Positions 18,470-26,315 of a DNA stretch of 41,310 bases are shown here, one piece after another. The notes under the pieces were generated by a model. That model made no database searches, was not told the DNA's origin, and was given only the letters and a program-made list of their open reading frames with translations. How positions within the stretch are numbered: position 1 is the stretch's first letter; every line of letters begins with the position of its first letter. Origin of the DNA: Salinarchaeum sp. (GTDB taxonomy: Archaea > Halobacteriota > Halobacteria > Halobacteriales > QS-1-68-20); assembly GCA_007122875.1 (NCBI GenBank), contig SKSS01000093.1, positions 1-41,310 of the forward strand, read 5' to 3'. The translations under genes were made by a program, and so were the position numbers.

Positions 18470-19014
18470 CCATCTCCCTCCTCGACGACGAACGTGCCGT
18501 GCATCGAGCGGTGTCCGACGCCGCAGAACTCGTTGCAGATCACCTGATAGGTGCCGGGTTCGTCGAAGGTCATCGGCACGACCCACTCATACCCCGGCAG
18601 AATCTGGAGGTTGATCTGCTTGCTCAGCGTCTCCTCCGGCCGGACCGAAAAGCCGTGTTGGACGTCGTACGCCCCGAGGTGGAGGTCGTACTCCCGACCG
18701 GCTTCGAGAACGACAGGCAGGCCGTCCCAACCGTATCGGAGGCCGGCGATGTACACCTCATCACCAGGCGGAACGATCCCGTCGTCGGTCTCGTCGGCAG
18801 CCTCCTTGTACGCCTCGATCTTCTCACGGAACTCCTCCTCCGTGACCCGATAGGTCCGTCCGATCGGGTTCTGGTCGCCCTCGCGGGTCCAGATGCTCAT
18901 CCAGCCGAACAGGATCATCGACCAGACGGCACCGAGACCGAGCCAGATCGACTCCCGACGGTTGATCGGCTGATTCCACCAGTTTCCGTCCGGGGGTTTG
19001 AGCGGTGATCCCAT
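18466..19014 (-). CDS. cbaB: ba3-type cytochrome oxidase subunit II (CuA subunit)
   Basis: CuA motif CNEFCGVGHRSMHG near the C-terminus and one N-terminal TM helix. Confidence 0.85.
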   Translation of the reverse strand: MGSPLKPPDGNWWNQPINRRESIWLGLGAVWSMILFGWMSIWTREGDQNPIGRTYRVTEEEFREKIEAYKEAADETDDGIVPPGDEVYIAGLRYGWDGLPVVLEAGREYDLHLGAYDVQHGFSVRPEETLSKQINLQILPGYEWVVPMTFDEPGTYQVICNEFCGVGHRSMHGTFVVEEGDG

Positions 19015-19019
19015 CTCGA

Positions 19020-19220
19020 TTACCCCGCTGGAACGGCCATGATATCGACGACACCCCAGACCACGTACGTGAGGAGGAAAAACACGAACGCGATGGTGGC
19101 GACGAGCCAGACCCGATCGTAGAGCCGTTGCATCATCGGCGGTTCCGCGCTCACGTCGTCGTCGGTCCGCTCCGCAGTCCCGGATGTCGCCCCTGTCGAA
19201 GACCGTTGACTGTCGGTCAT
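19020..19220 (-). CDS. Small single-TM protein heading the oxidase operon (CbaD-like small subunit candidate)
   Basis: 66 aa with one hydrophobic helix VWLVATIAFVFFLLTYVVWGVV. Ends 5 nt before the cbaB start. Confidence 0.5.
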   Translation of the reverse strand: MTDSQRSSTGATSGTAERTDDDVSAEPPMMQRLYDRVWLVATIAFVFFLLTYVVWGVVDIMAVPAG

Positions 19221-19407
19221 GAGTTGCTCACGTCCGCCGGTTCGTACCTTCCGTCGAAAGGGGTTCTCCCGGACATGTTCGGACCGAACGGCGCGATGGC
19301 TGGGTCGACCGAACGCCGTCGATCGTCGTCAGTGGCAGGGAGGGACCACTCGACGCACCTCCGCTGCCGTCGTGCCGGGAAGGCTTGCTCAGAATCTGAG
19401 GTGGCCG

Positions 19408-20118
19408 CTACCGTTCCCGGTCGAGTCGATTGAGAACCGGAATCTCGGTGAGCCGGTCGTCGTCAAGTTGGTCCCAGTCGATGCCCGCCGGCCGTTCCCG
19501 ATCGTGGGCCGTCTCGATCGTCCGATCCGGAGTGACCACGAGATCGATCGGTACGTCGTGGTCGTCGACCGGCACCCGGTCGACGACCTGTCGTTCGTGA
19601 ACCGTCGTGACGACCGTCGGCGCGTCCAGCAGTCCGAGTTCACGCAGAATCGCGAACTCCAGGTCGCTGTATCCCTCGCCCTTCCCGACACGGCCGCCGT
19701 CCTCGTCGACCGCGACGCTTCCGCTGACGACGAGATCGATCGGTTCGACTGCTGCCGGACCGACCTGCTCGCCCAGTTCGGCCGAGCCACCGATCGTCGA
19801 CGCGCGGTGGTGATCGTCGATCGTCTCGGGATCGAGTCGGAGGAACGGCTTGTCGTCGTCGAGCCGCGGGACGGCCATATAGACCGTCTTTCCATCCTGC
19901 AGAGCGCGCTTTCGAACCGGACGCTGTGGCGCGTCAGGGTTCGCCTTGACGACGTCCGCGTCCTCCCACTGCTCCGTCGTCGTCAACCGTTCGGCGGCGT
20001 CCCCGGCGTCGGCGAAGTTGGGAATGCGGCCGTGCGGTGGAAACGGGAACCGGGCCTCCCCGCTTCGTTCGAGTTCGTCCCAGGCGCGTTCGCGCAGCGC
20101 GGCTTTCGTCTCGTTCAT
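19408..20118 (-). CDS. 5-formyltetrahydrofolate cyclo-ligase family protein
   Basis: GRIPNF...KTVYMAVPRL...VDEDGGRVGKGEGYSDLEFA blocks. Start at internal ATG 20118 of track ORF 19408-20388. Confidence 0.8.
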   Translation of the reverse strand: MNETKAALRERAWDELERSGEARFPFPPHGRIPNFADAGDAAERLTTTEQWEDADVVKANPDAPQRPVRKRALQDGKTVYMAVPRLDDDKPFLRLDPETIDDHHRASTIGGSAELGEQVGPAAVEPIDLVVSGSVAVDEDGGRVGKGEGYSDLEFAILRELGLLDAPTVVTTVHERQVVDRVPVDDHDVPIDLVVTPDRTIETAHDRERPAGIDWDQLDDDRLTEIPVLNRLDRER

Positions 20119-20248
20119 GGCGGCACCACGGCGGACGGTGGCGAAAACCCATCGACTGCTCGAGACTGGATCCGACGACAGGACTGCCGTTCGTGGAAGG
20201 GCGGCCACGTGGCCGTGTTCGCGGATCGGTTCGGCGATGCGACCGTTC

Positions 20249-20377
20249 TCAGGGATCAGCGGGTTCCATCTCGTCGTCTTCGATGTCGTCCGGATCACCA
20301 CAGCCCGCAACGAGCGCGGTAAGGACGACACCACACCCACCTGCGAACCGGCGTCGAGTGAGTTTCCTGTCCTGCAT
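20249..20377 (-). CDS. 42-aa Tat-signal/lipobox micro-protein with an acidic tail (not in the ORF track)
   Basis: Own translation: MQDRKLTRRRFAGGCGVVLTALVAGCGDPDDIEDDEMEPADP. TRRRF twin-arginine motif, lipobox VAGC with Cys26. Paralog at 20621-20809. Confidence 0.55.
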   Translation of the reverse strand: MQDRKLTRRRFAGGCGVVLTALVAGCGDPDDIEDDEMEPADP

Positions 20378-20402
20378 ACCAGTGACAATAGGTAGCATCC
20401 CC

Positions 20403-20408
20403 TATATT
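20403..20408 (-). promoter_or_regulatory. TATA-like AATATA element 26-31 nt upstream of the 42-aa ORF start (leaderless-type promoter)
   Basis: Plus strand reads TATATT at 20403-20408; ATG at 20377. Confidence 0.4.
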
Positions 20409-20603
20409 GGTGTTTCGTTCAGTGACCATCCACGTCGGAGAATGTCGCGGGACAAAACCGACACCGGACGAGAAGTAGACTAGACGATCGTCGAAAATCC
20501 CGAGTAACCGGACCACCCCGGGAGGAATTCACTCGGAACCAAATGGCATTCACTCGGGGTGGCGTTCGAAGTGACCCCACGGCTTTCGCAATGGGAGGAT
20601 GGC

Positions 20604-20608
20604 AAAAA
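20604..20608 (-). terminator. T5 tract 13-17 nt downstream of the 62-aa ORF stop
   Basis: Plus strand AAAAA at 20604-20608. Oligo-T tracts act as archaeal terminators. Confidence 0.35.
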
Positions 20609-20620
20609 CGGTTCGAGCGA

Positions 20621-20809
20621 TCACGGCGCGTCGTCTTCGTCGTCCTCCTCGGGATCGTCGTCTGGCTCTTCCGGATCGTCGTCGGGTTCGTCGACGGGAT
20701 CGTCGTCCGGTGGGTCATCGTCCGGATCCGCACAACCCGCCAACGCGACGCCAGCGATGGTTGCACAGCCGATCGTGAATCGACGTCGTGTCAAGGTCCG
20801 TTGCGACAT
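20621..20809 (-). CDS. 62-aa Tat-signal/lipobox micro-protein with a poly-Asp/Glu/Pro tail
   Basis: Last 62 codons of track ORF 20621-21397: MSQRTLTRRRFTIGCATIAGVALAGCADPDDDPPDDDPVDEPDDDPEEPDDDPEEDDEDDAP. Cys15 and lipobox Cys26 sit at the same positions as in the 42-aa paralog. Confidence 0.6.
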   Translation of the reverse strand: MSQRTLTRRRFTIGCATIAGVALAGCADPDDDPPDDDPVDEPDDDPEEPDDDPEEDDEDDAP

Positions 20810-20832
20810 ACCCCCGCGGCTACGACGACCGC

Positions 20833-20838
20833 ATATAA
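20833..20838 (-). promoter_or_regulatory. TATA-like TTATAT element 24-29 nt upstream of the 62-aa ORF start
   Basis: Plus strand reads ATATAA at 20833-20838; ATG at 20809. Confidence 0.4.
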
Positions 20839-21109
20839 CGGTCTTATCGACGGTAGACGACCTGTCAGGGTCGGTCTGCCCTGGGAACGGGGTGAATCGG
20901 CAGAGGGCGTCCGAGCCGAACGGTGTCGAACGCCGATATTCTTTCGGAACGAAACGTGTGCGGCTCCGGCCTCGTGGATTGGACGGGGCATCGTAGCATC
21001 CCCCTAGAGCATGATCACCCAGAGTCCCGTCCGGATCGGTTCGATCCGTCTCCCCCGTTGACTCCAGGCGGTCGGAACTGTTTTTCCGCCGGGCGACCCT
21101 ACGCCGCTC

Positions 21110-22426
21110 ATGAACGTACAGCGTGTGGCCGATCTCGGTCCCGACGAACGAACGGCGCTGTTCGAGCGGGACGCCGGGATCGGGGCGATTCGCGAGGACG
21201 TCCGCGAGATCGTCGAACGCGTCCGCGAGGAGGGCGACGTAGCGTTGCGAGCGTACGCAAGCGAGTTCGACGGCGTCGAAGTCGGGAACATCGACGTAAC
21301 CGACGAGGCCGAACGTGCCCACGACGAACTCGACGACGACCTGCGCGGAGCCATCGAAACGGCCGCCGACAACGTCCGCTCGTTTCACGAGCGCCAACGG
21401 CGCGACGACTGGCGTATCGAGGTCGACGGCCGGGAACTCGGACGACGATTCCGCCCAATCGAACGCGTCGGGGTCTACGTTCCCGGCGGTTCGGCCGCCT
21501 ACCCCTCCAGCGCGCTAATGGGAATCGTTCCCGCTCGGGTGGCTGGCGTCGAGCACGTCGCGGTGGCGACGCCCCCGGCCGAGCGGATGAACCCGGTGAC
21601 GCTCGCGGCGATCCACGAAGCGGGTGCGGACGCCGTCTACGCCACGGGTGGCGCACAGGCGATCGCTGCGCTCGCGTACGGGACCGAGACGGTCGACCGC
21701 GTACACAAGGTCGTCGGGCCGGGCAACCGCTGGGTGACCGCGGCGAAGGCCGCGGTTCGTGACGACGTCGCCATCGATACGCTCGCAGGACCGAGCGAGG
21801 TGCTCGTCGTCGCCGACGGGACGGCCGATCCCACGTTCGTCGCGGCGGATCTCCTCGCACAGGCCGAACACGACGAGCGTGCGAGCGTGGTGGCCGTCGC
21901 CACCGACGAAGAAGTCGCGTCGGCGATTGCATCGGCGGTCGATCGAGCGGCGGCCGATCGTGAGCGCGAAGCGACGATCCGGGCGGCGCTCGGTCACGAC
22001 GCCAGTGGGGTGTTCACCGCCCGGTCGATGAGCGAAGCGATCGCGTTCGCCGACTCCTACGCCCCGGAACACCTCTCGATCCAGGCCGAGGACGACGAGG
22101 CGATTCTCGATCGAATCGACAGCGCCGGAAGCGTCTTCCTTGGACCCTACACCCCGGTCGCTGCCGGCGACTACGCAACCGGAACGAACCACGTCCTCCC
22201 GACTGGCGGCTGGGCACGGGTCAGCGGTGGCCTCTCGGTCGACGACTTCGTTCGCGCGACGACCGTTCAGCGGTGTTCGGCGGCGGGGCTGGACGCGCTC
22301 GGCGAGACGATCGACACGTTGGCCCGGGCGGAGGGACTCGAAGCACACGCCGAGAGCGTCGCCGTTCGACTTCGAGAACGGGACGAGCGATCGACGGAGG
22401 ACGATCAGGAACCGGTCCGGGAGTGA
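21110..22426 (+). CDS. hisD: Histidinol dehydrogenase
   Basis: 438-aa ORF. Colinear hisD blocks (GVYVPGG, AGPSEVLVVAD, QAEHD, APEHL, GDYATGTNHVLPT). Confidence 0.9.
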   Translation: MNVQRVADLGPDERTALFERDAGIGAIREDVREIVERVREEGDVALRAYASEFDGVEVGNIDVTDEAERAHDELDDDLRGAIETAADNVRSFHERQRRDDWRIEVDGRELGRRFRPIERVGVYVPGGSAAYPSSALMGIVPARVAGVEHVAVATPPAERMNPVTLAAIHEAGADAVYATGGAQAIAALAYGTETVDRVHKVVGPGNRWVTAAKAAVRDDVAIDTLAGPSEVLVVADGTADPTFVAADLLAQAEHDERASVVAVATDEEVASAIASAVDRAAADREREATIRAALGHDASGVFTARSMSEAIAFADSYAPEHLSIQAEDDEAILDRIDSAGSVFLGPYTPVAAGDYATGTNHVLPTGGWARVSGGLSVDDFVRATTVQRCSAAGLDALGETIDTLARAEGLEAHAESVAVRLRERDERSTEDDQEPVRE

Positions 22427-22446
22427 ACAACGGAGAAGTGTGGAGA

Positions 22447-22998
22447 CTATCCGACCGATCGGATCACGCGGCTCAGGTCGGTATCGATCGGTCGGTTTCC
22501 GGGTATCTCCACGTGCTGTGTTTCCCCGTCGCCGTCGGTGATGACGATGACCTGAACCGGATACTCCGCGATCCGAAGCTGGTCGAACTCCTCGCGGCGC
22601 TTCACGCCGTAGTCGGCCACCCCCAATCCGGCCGCCGTGAGAACCACGAGGGCGAGTGCCATAAGCCCCGAGGACGCGCCGATCGCGCCGACGAACGAGA
22701 CGAGCGCGAGGAACGCACCCCCGCCGACGATCAGACGGTAGTCGTGGTTTTCGAGCCGGAGACGGCTCTCGGTGCGCGACTCGATCGATCGGATGTCGTC
22801 GTACCGAAGGTCCCGAAACCGTTCCGACGCGGTGAGAAACACGAGCCGTCGATCGGTTGCGCCGACGACGCCCTCGATCGCTTGGTGACCCAGCTTGGCC
22901 GCTCGACTGAACTCGAGGTACTCGTCGTCAGCGAGATATTCACAGATGTCCCGGCGGCTCGCAGGCGGAGCGGTGGGATAGCGATTGGTGCTCGTCAT
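22447..22998 (-). CDS. Hypothetical membrane protein (N-terminal PH/GRAM-like module, two TM helices, C-terminal domain)
   Basis: 183-aa ORF with coding-like bias and a hydrophobic pair LIVGGGAFLALVSFVGAIG / LMALALVVLTAAGLGV. Confidence 0.6.
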   Translation of the reverse strand: MTSTNRYPTAPPASRRDICEYLADDEYLEFSRAAKLGHQAIEGVVGATDRRLVFLTASERFRDLRYDDIRSIESRTESRLRLENHDYRLIVGGGAFLALVSFVGAIGASSGLMALALVVLTAAGLGVADYGVKRREEFDQLRIAEYPVQVIVITDGDGETQHVEIPGNRPIDTDLSRVIRSVG

Positions 22999-23061
22999 CG
23001 TTTCGTCCGGTCGCGCCCCTCGTTAGCGTAGCGGAGAATTAATTATGGGCCGGTTATTGTC

Positions 23062-23121
23062 GTTCATGCAACAACTCGGCAGTGATTTGCTCGTGCATGC
23101 AACAACTCGGTGGTAATTTGC
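23062..23121. repeat. Two-copy imperfect direct repeat (29 nt units, 31-bp period, 25/29 identical), each containing CATGCAACAACTCGG
   Basis: Read directly: 23062-23090 GTTCATGCAACAACTCGGCAGTGATTTGC and 23093-23121 GTGCATGCAACAACTCGGTGGTAATTTGC. Divergent intergenic region. Confidence 0.7.
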
Positions 23122-23172
23122 GCCGTCGTCTCGATCGGTAGTCGTTAGTATCGGGCCATCGTACTGACGGCC

Positions 23173-23457
23173 ATGCCCGAAGAGGTACTCTTTGAGACGG
23201 AGACGACGCTGTCGCGCGCCGAAATCGCGAAGTATCTCCACACTGTCGCGGACGCGTTGGAAGCGGGCGACGACATCACCCTCTCGGCCGGGGACGAGTC
23301 AGTCACGATGGATCCGCCCGCCCGTCCCACCTTCGAAGTCAAAGCCGAGCGCGAGGGACCAACCGATGGGCCGGGCGAATTGAGCATCGAGTTCGAGTTG
23401 GAGTGGGACGAAAACGGGGGCGACGATGGGGACGGGGGCGAACTCAGAATCGAGTGA
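23173..23457 (+). CDS. Amphi-Trp domain-containing protein
   Basis: 94 aa. LSRAEIAKYLHTVADALEAGDDITL...ELSIEFELEW matches the amphi-Trp family layout. Confidence 0.7.
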   Translation: MPEEVLFETETTLSRAEIAKYLHTVADALEAGDDITLSAGDESVTMDPPARPTFEVKAEREGPTDGPGELSIEFELEWDENGGDDGDGGELRIE

Positions 23458-23547
23458 GCAGCGATCGGCGCGGTAGCGAGTGATCGGCGACGAACCGAGG
23501 TGTGCACCAGCGTCACAGTTAACCCTTCGGAGCGGATAGAACTCCCC

Positions 23548-23910
23548 ATGAGTACGGAAGCCGTTCAGGAGGAAGGGCCGCCGATCGAAGTGACGGAGGA
23601 CGCCGCCGAGCAGGCGGTCGAATTACTGGAACGGGAGGGCCTCGATACCGACGAGGCCGGGCTACGACTCTACGTCCAGCAGGGCGGCTGTGCGGGGCTC
23701 TCCTACGGGATGCGCTTCGAACACGAACCCGAGGACGACGACACGATCGGCCGGTTCCACGGCCTGCGCGTGTTCGTCGATCCCGCGAGCATGCGCTACA
23801 TCGAAGGGAGCCGCCTCGACTACGAACACGGCCTGATGGGTGCCGGCTTCGATGTGCAGAATCCGAACGTCGTTAGCGAGTGCGGTTGTGGCGAGTCGTT
23901 TCGAACCTGA
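23548..23910 (+). CDS. Iron-sulfur cluster assembly accessory protein (HesB/IscA/SufA family)
   Basis: GGCAGLSYGM block and C-terminal CGCGESF motif. Start at internal ATG 23548. Confidence 0.85.
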   Translation: MSTEAVQEEGPPIEVTEDAAEQAVELLEREGLDTDEAGLRLYVQQGGCAGLSYGMRFEHEPEDDDTIGRFHGLRVFVDPASMRYIEGSRLDYEHGLMGAGFDVQNPNVVSECGCGESFRT

Positions 23911-23934
23911 CTTGACTGTAGCGTCGGCTCGAAC

Positions 23935-24135
23935 TCAATCTTCGACTTCGAACGCGACCGTCACCTCCGCCTGATACTCCCGGTCGTCGGCCGTTGCGAT
24001 CTCGACGCCGAGTTCCTGGACTTCTACCCAATGGATGTTCTCGATCGTTTCCTCGGCCCGATCGATCGCATCGTCGACTGCATCGTCGAAACTGTCGTCA
24101 CTGGCACCGATGAGCGTGATCTTTTTGAATACCAT
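23935..24135 (-). CDS. Dodecin family flavin-binding protein
   Basis: MVFKKITLIGASDDSFDDAVDDAIDRAEETIENIHWVEVQELGVEI is the classic dodecin sequence pattern. Confidence 0.85.
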   Translation of the reverse strand: MVFKKITLIGASDDSFDDAVDDAIDRAEETIENIHWVEVQELGVEIATADDREYQAEVTVAFEVED

Positions 24136-24344
24136 CGTTGGTGTCTCCGTCGTTCCCGCGGATGGTTCGTCAGATCCCCCCATCCACGTGATCGACCGAT
24201 CAACCCTAGGAACAATGTAACTTGTGGGTCGTCAACGGGCACATGTCGCTCGAAACCGTCGATGGACATCGGGACGAAACGTCAGCCACGGAATTCGACC
24301 GACGAACCAGATGACCTATTTCCGTTCTTTCGCTATCGACTCAC

Positions 24345-26297
24345 GTGAGTGCGCGATTACGGTGGGGATGGACGACGGTTGGATTTGCGGTCGTCTCGGT
24401 AGCGCTGATTGGCGTGTTCGCCATCGACATTGAGTCGAGCACGCACGAGCAAGTCGACTTCGACAACACCGTGTCGGTGGGACTCTCGTTGGAAGAGCAG
24501 TACGAACTCGAGGACGACGTAGCGCTTCCGCGCGCACAGGTATTCTACTCACAGTACGACTACGTCGTTGGCTACTACGGCGTCGAGCGATTTGTCGAGC
24601 ACCGACGACAACCGGGCCACGATCAGCGATTCGGATATCCGCTGACGGTTCTTGTCAGCGACTACAGCAGCGTCGACGTGGCTCTGACCTCGGACGGACA
24701 CCCCGCGACTGACGCCGATCCCGGTTGGATCGACGCGGAGGACGCTCACTATGTCGTCGGCAGTCAGGCAACGACACCAAGTGGGGGGACGGTCGTTCCG
24801 TTCTCCGAGCGTGCCGATGCCGACACGTTCGCTGACGACCACGGCGGAACGGTTCTCGACTGGGAGGAAGTGCTCTCCGAACGCTTCGACATCGATGACG
24901 CTGCTCTCGTCGGCGAGCGCGTCTCCGACGATCACCGCGATGCCGACGAACGAACGGAGGAGGCCGACACGTTGCTCGATCGTCCCGTTTCGATCGTCGT
25001 CGGTGAAAACGCAGACACCGTACAGGAGGCGATAGATGATGCACCAGCCGAGACGACAGTCGTCGTGCCGAACGGGACGTACGCAGAACGCCTCGAAGTC
25101 GACCGTCCGATCACGCTCGCTGGAGCGACCGACGCAACGATCGACGGTGGTGGGGACGGAACGGTCGTCAACGTGACCGCGAGCGATGTCGCGATTACGG
25201 GTCTCGAGATCACGGGCGTCGGAAACGAGACGACCGGCACTGACGACGCCGTCGCACACGACCACGGCGCGCCGGACGACGAGGACGAAGGCGATGAGGA
25301 CTGGGACGAGGAGTTCGTCGATCACTACGCTGGCGGTAATGCCGCCATCGCAACCAGCGGAGCGGACGGCGCCCTGATCGAGAACGTCGAGGTTCAAACT
25401 CCGGCGAACGGCATCGTACTGTATCGAAGCGACGGGGCGGTCGTTCGGAACGTCTCCGTCGAAGGCCACGAGATCTGGCAACGTGGGGCCGCTGGCGTGT
25501 TCGCGCTGTACGACCCGGTAGTGATCGAGAACTCGACGCTCACCGATGGCCGGGACGCGGTCTACACCCATCGGGCGAACGGTGCCGTGATCCGTAACAA
25601 CGAGCTGTCAGACAACCGCCTCGGCGTCCACGTGATGCACACTTCCGACCTACTCATCGCGGACAACCAGATGGACGGACAGGACAACGCAGGCGTGTAC
25701 GTCATGACCGGTCCCGAGCGGATCGCGCTGATCGGAAACGAAGTTCGGAACGCGTCCGTTGGACTCACCCCCGGCGGGACCGACTCGTACGTCGCCGAGA
25801 ACGTTCTCGAAGCAAACGATGTCGGTCTTCGAACGGACGCAACCTCCTCGATCTACGAGCGGAACGTGATCGCCGGCAACGGCAACGGAATCGAATCCAG
25901 AGAGTTGCTCCCGACGAATCGGGTGACTGAAAACGACTTCGTCGGAAATCGGGACCACGCGATGGCGATCGGTGGCCCGATCAGAATATGGACCCACGAC
26001 GGGGTCGGAAACTACTGGCAAGGGGCAGTTGGCCTGTCCGATGGGGAAACGATCGATCGACCCCACTCGCCAACTGACCCGGTCGAGGAACGGCTCCATA
26101 TGACCGACGGAACTGCGACGCTCGCGCAGGCACCGGGACTCGATGTTCGGTCCGGACTCGAAGGCGTTGCACCGGGGATGCGATCGGGCCACGTCGTCGA
26201 CTTCGAGCCGTCGTGTGAACCGCGGAACCCGGAGCTACTCGAACGGACTGACTGGAGCGAACAGGCGTGGGCGTGCGACGAGCGGTACCCGACCTAA
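24345..26297 (+). CDS. nosD: NosD-like periplasmic parallel beta-helix protein with an N-terminal TM anchor and a NosL-like (Cys-free) domain
   Basis: N-terminal helix VGFAVVSVALIGVFAI, then YVVGSQATTPSGGTVVPFSERADADTFADDHGGTVLDWEEV (NosL-like C-terminal half). Repetitive beta-helix blocks follow (ITGLEITG, NVSVEG, IRNNELSDNRLGVHVM, LIGNEVRNA, NVIAGNGNGI). Confidence 0.75.
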   Translation: MSARLRWGWTTVGFAVVSVALIGVFAIDIESSTHEQVDFDNTVSVGLSLEEQYELEDDVALPRAQVFYSQYDYVVGYYGVERFVEHRRQPGHDQRFGYPLTVLVSDYSSVDVALTSDGHPATDADPGWIDAEDAHYVVGSQATTPSGGTVVPFSERADADTFADDHGGTVLDWEEVLSERFDIDDAALVGERVSDDHRDADERTEEADTLLDRPVSIVVGENADTVQEAIDDAPAETTVVVPNGTYAERLEVDRPITLAGATDATIDGGGDGTVVNVTASDVAITGLEITGVGNETTGTDDAVAHDHGAPDDEDEGDEDWDEEFVDHYAGGNAAIATSGADGALIENVEVQTPANGIVLYRSDGAVVRNVSVEGHEIWQRGAAGVFALYDPVVIENSTLTDGRDAVYTHRANGAVIRNNELSDNRLGVHVMHTSDLLIADNQMDGQDNAGVYVMTGPERIALIGNEVRNASVGLTPGGTDSYVAENVLEANDVGLRTDATSSIYERNVIAGNGNGIESRELLPTNRVTENDFVGNRDHAMAIGGPIRIWTHDGVGNYWQGAVGLSDGETIDRPHSPTDPVEERLHMTDGTATLAQAPGLDVRSGLEGVAPGMRSGHVVDFEPSCEPRNPELLERTDWSEQAWACDERYPT

Positions 26298-26315
26298 CAG
26301 TAAAACCAGGACGAT

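Noticed and set aside
20621-21397. 258-aa track ORF taken as a single gene.
   Set aside because: Its upstream 196 codons have no motif and overlap the hisD 5' end in antisense. Only the last 62 codons, starting at the ATG with its own TATA-like element, show a coherent Tat/lipobox signal. I called the short form.
24549-25571. 340-aa minus-strand ORF inside the NosD-like gene.
   Set aside because: Antisense to a gene with a beta-helix repeat signature; no motif of its own.
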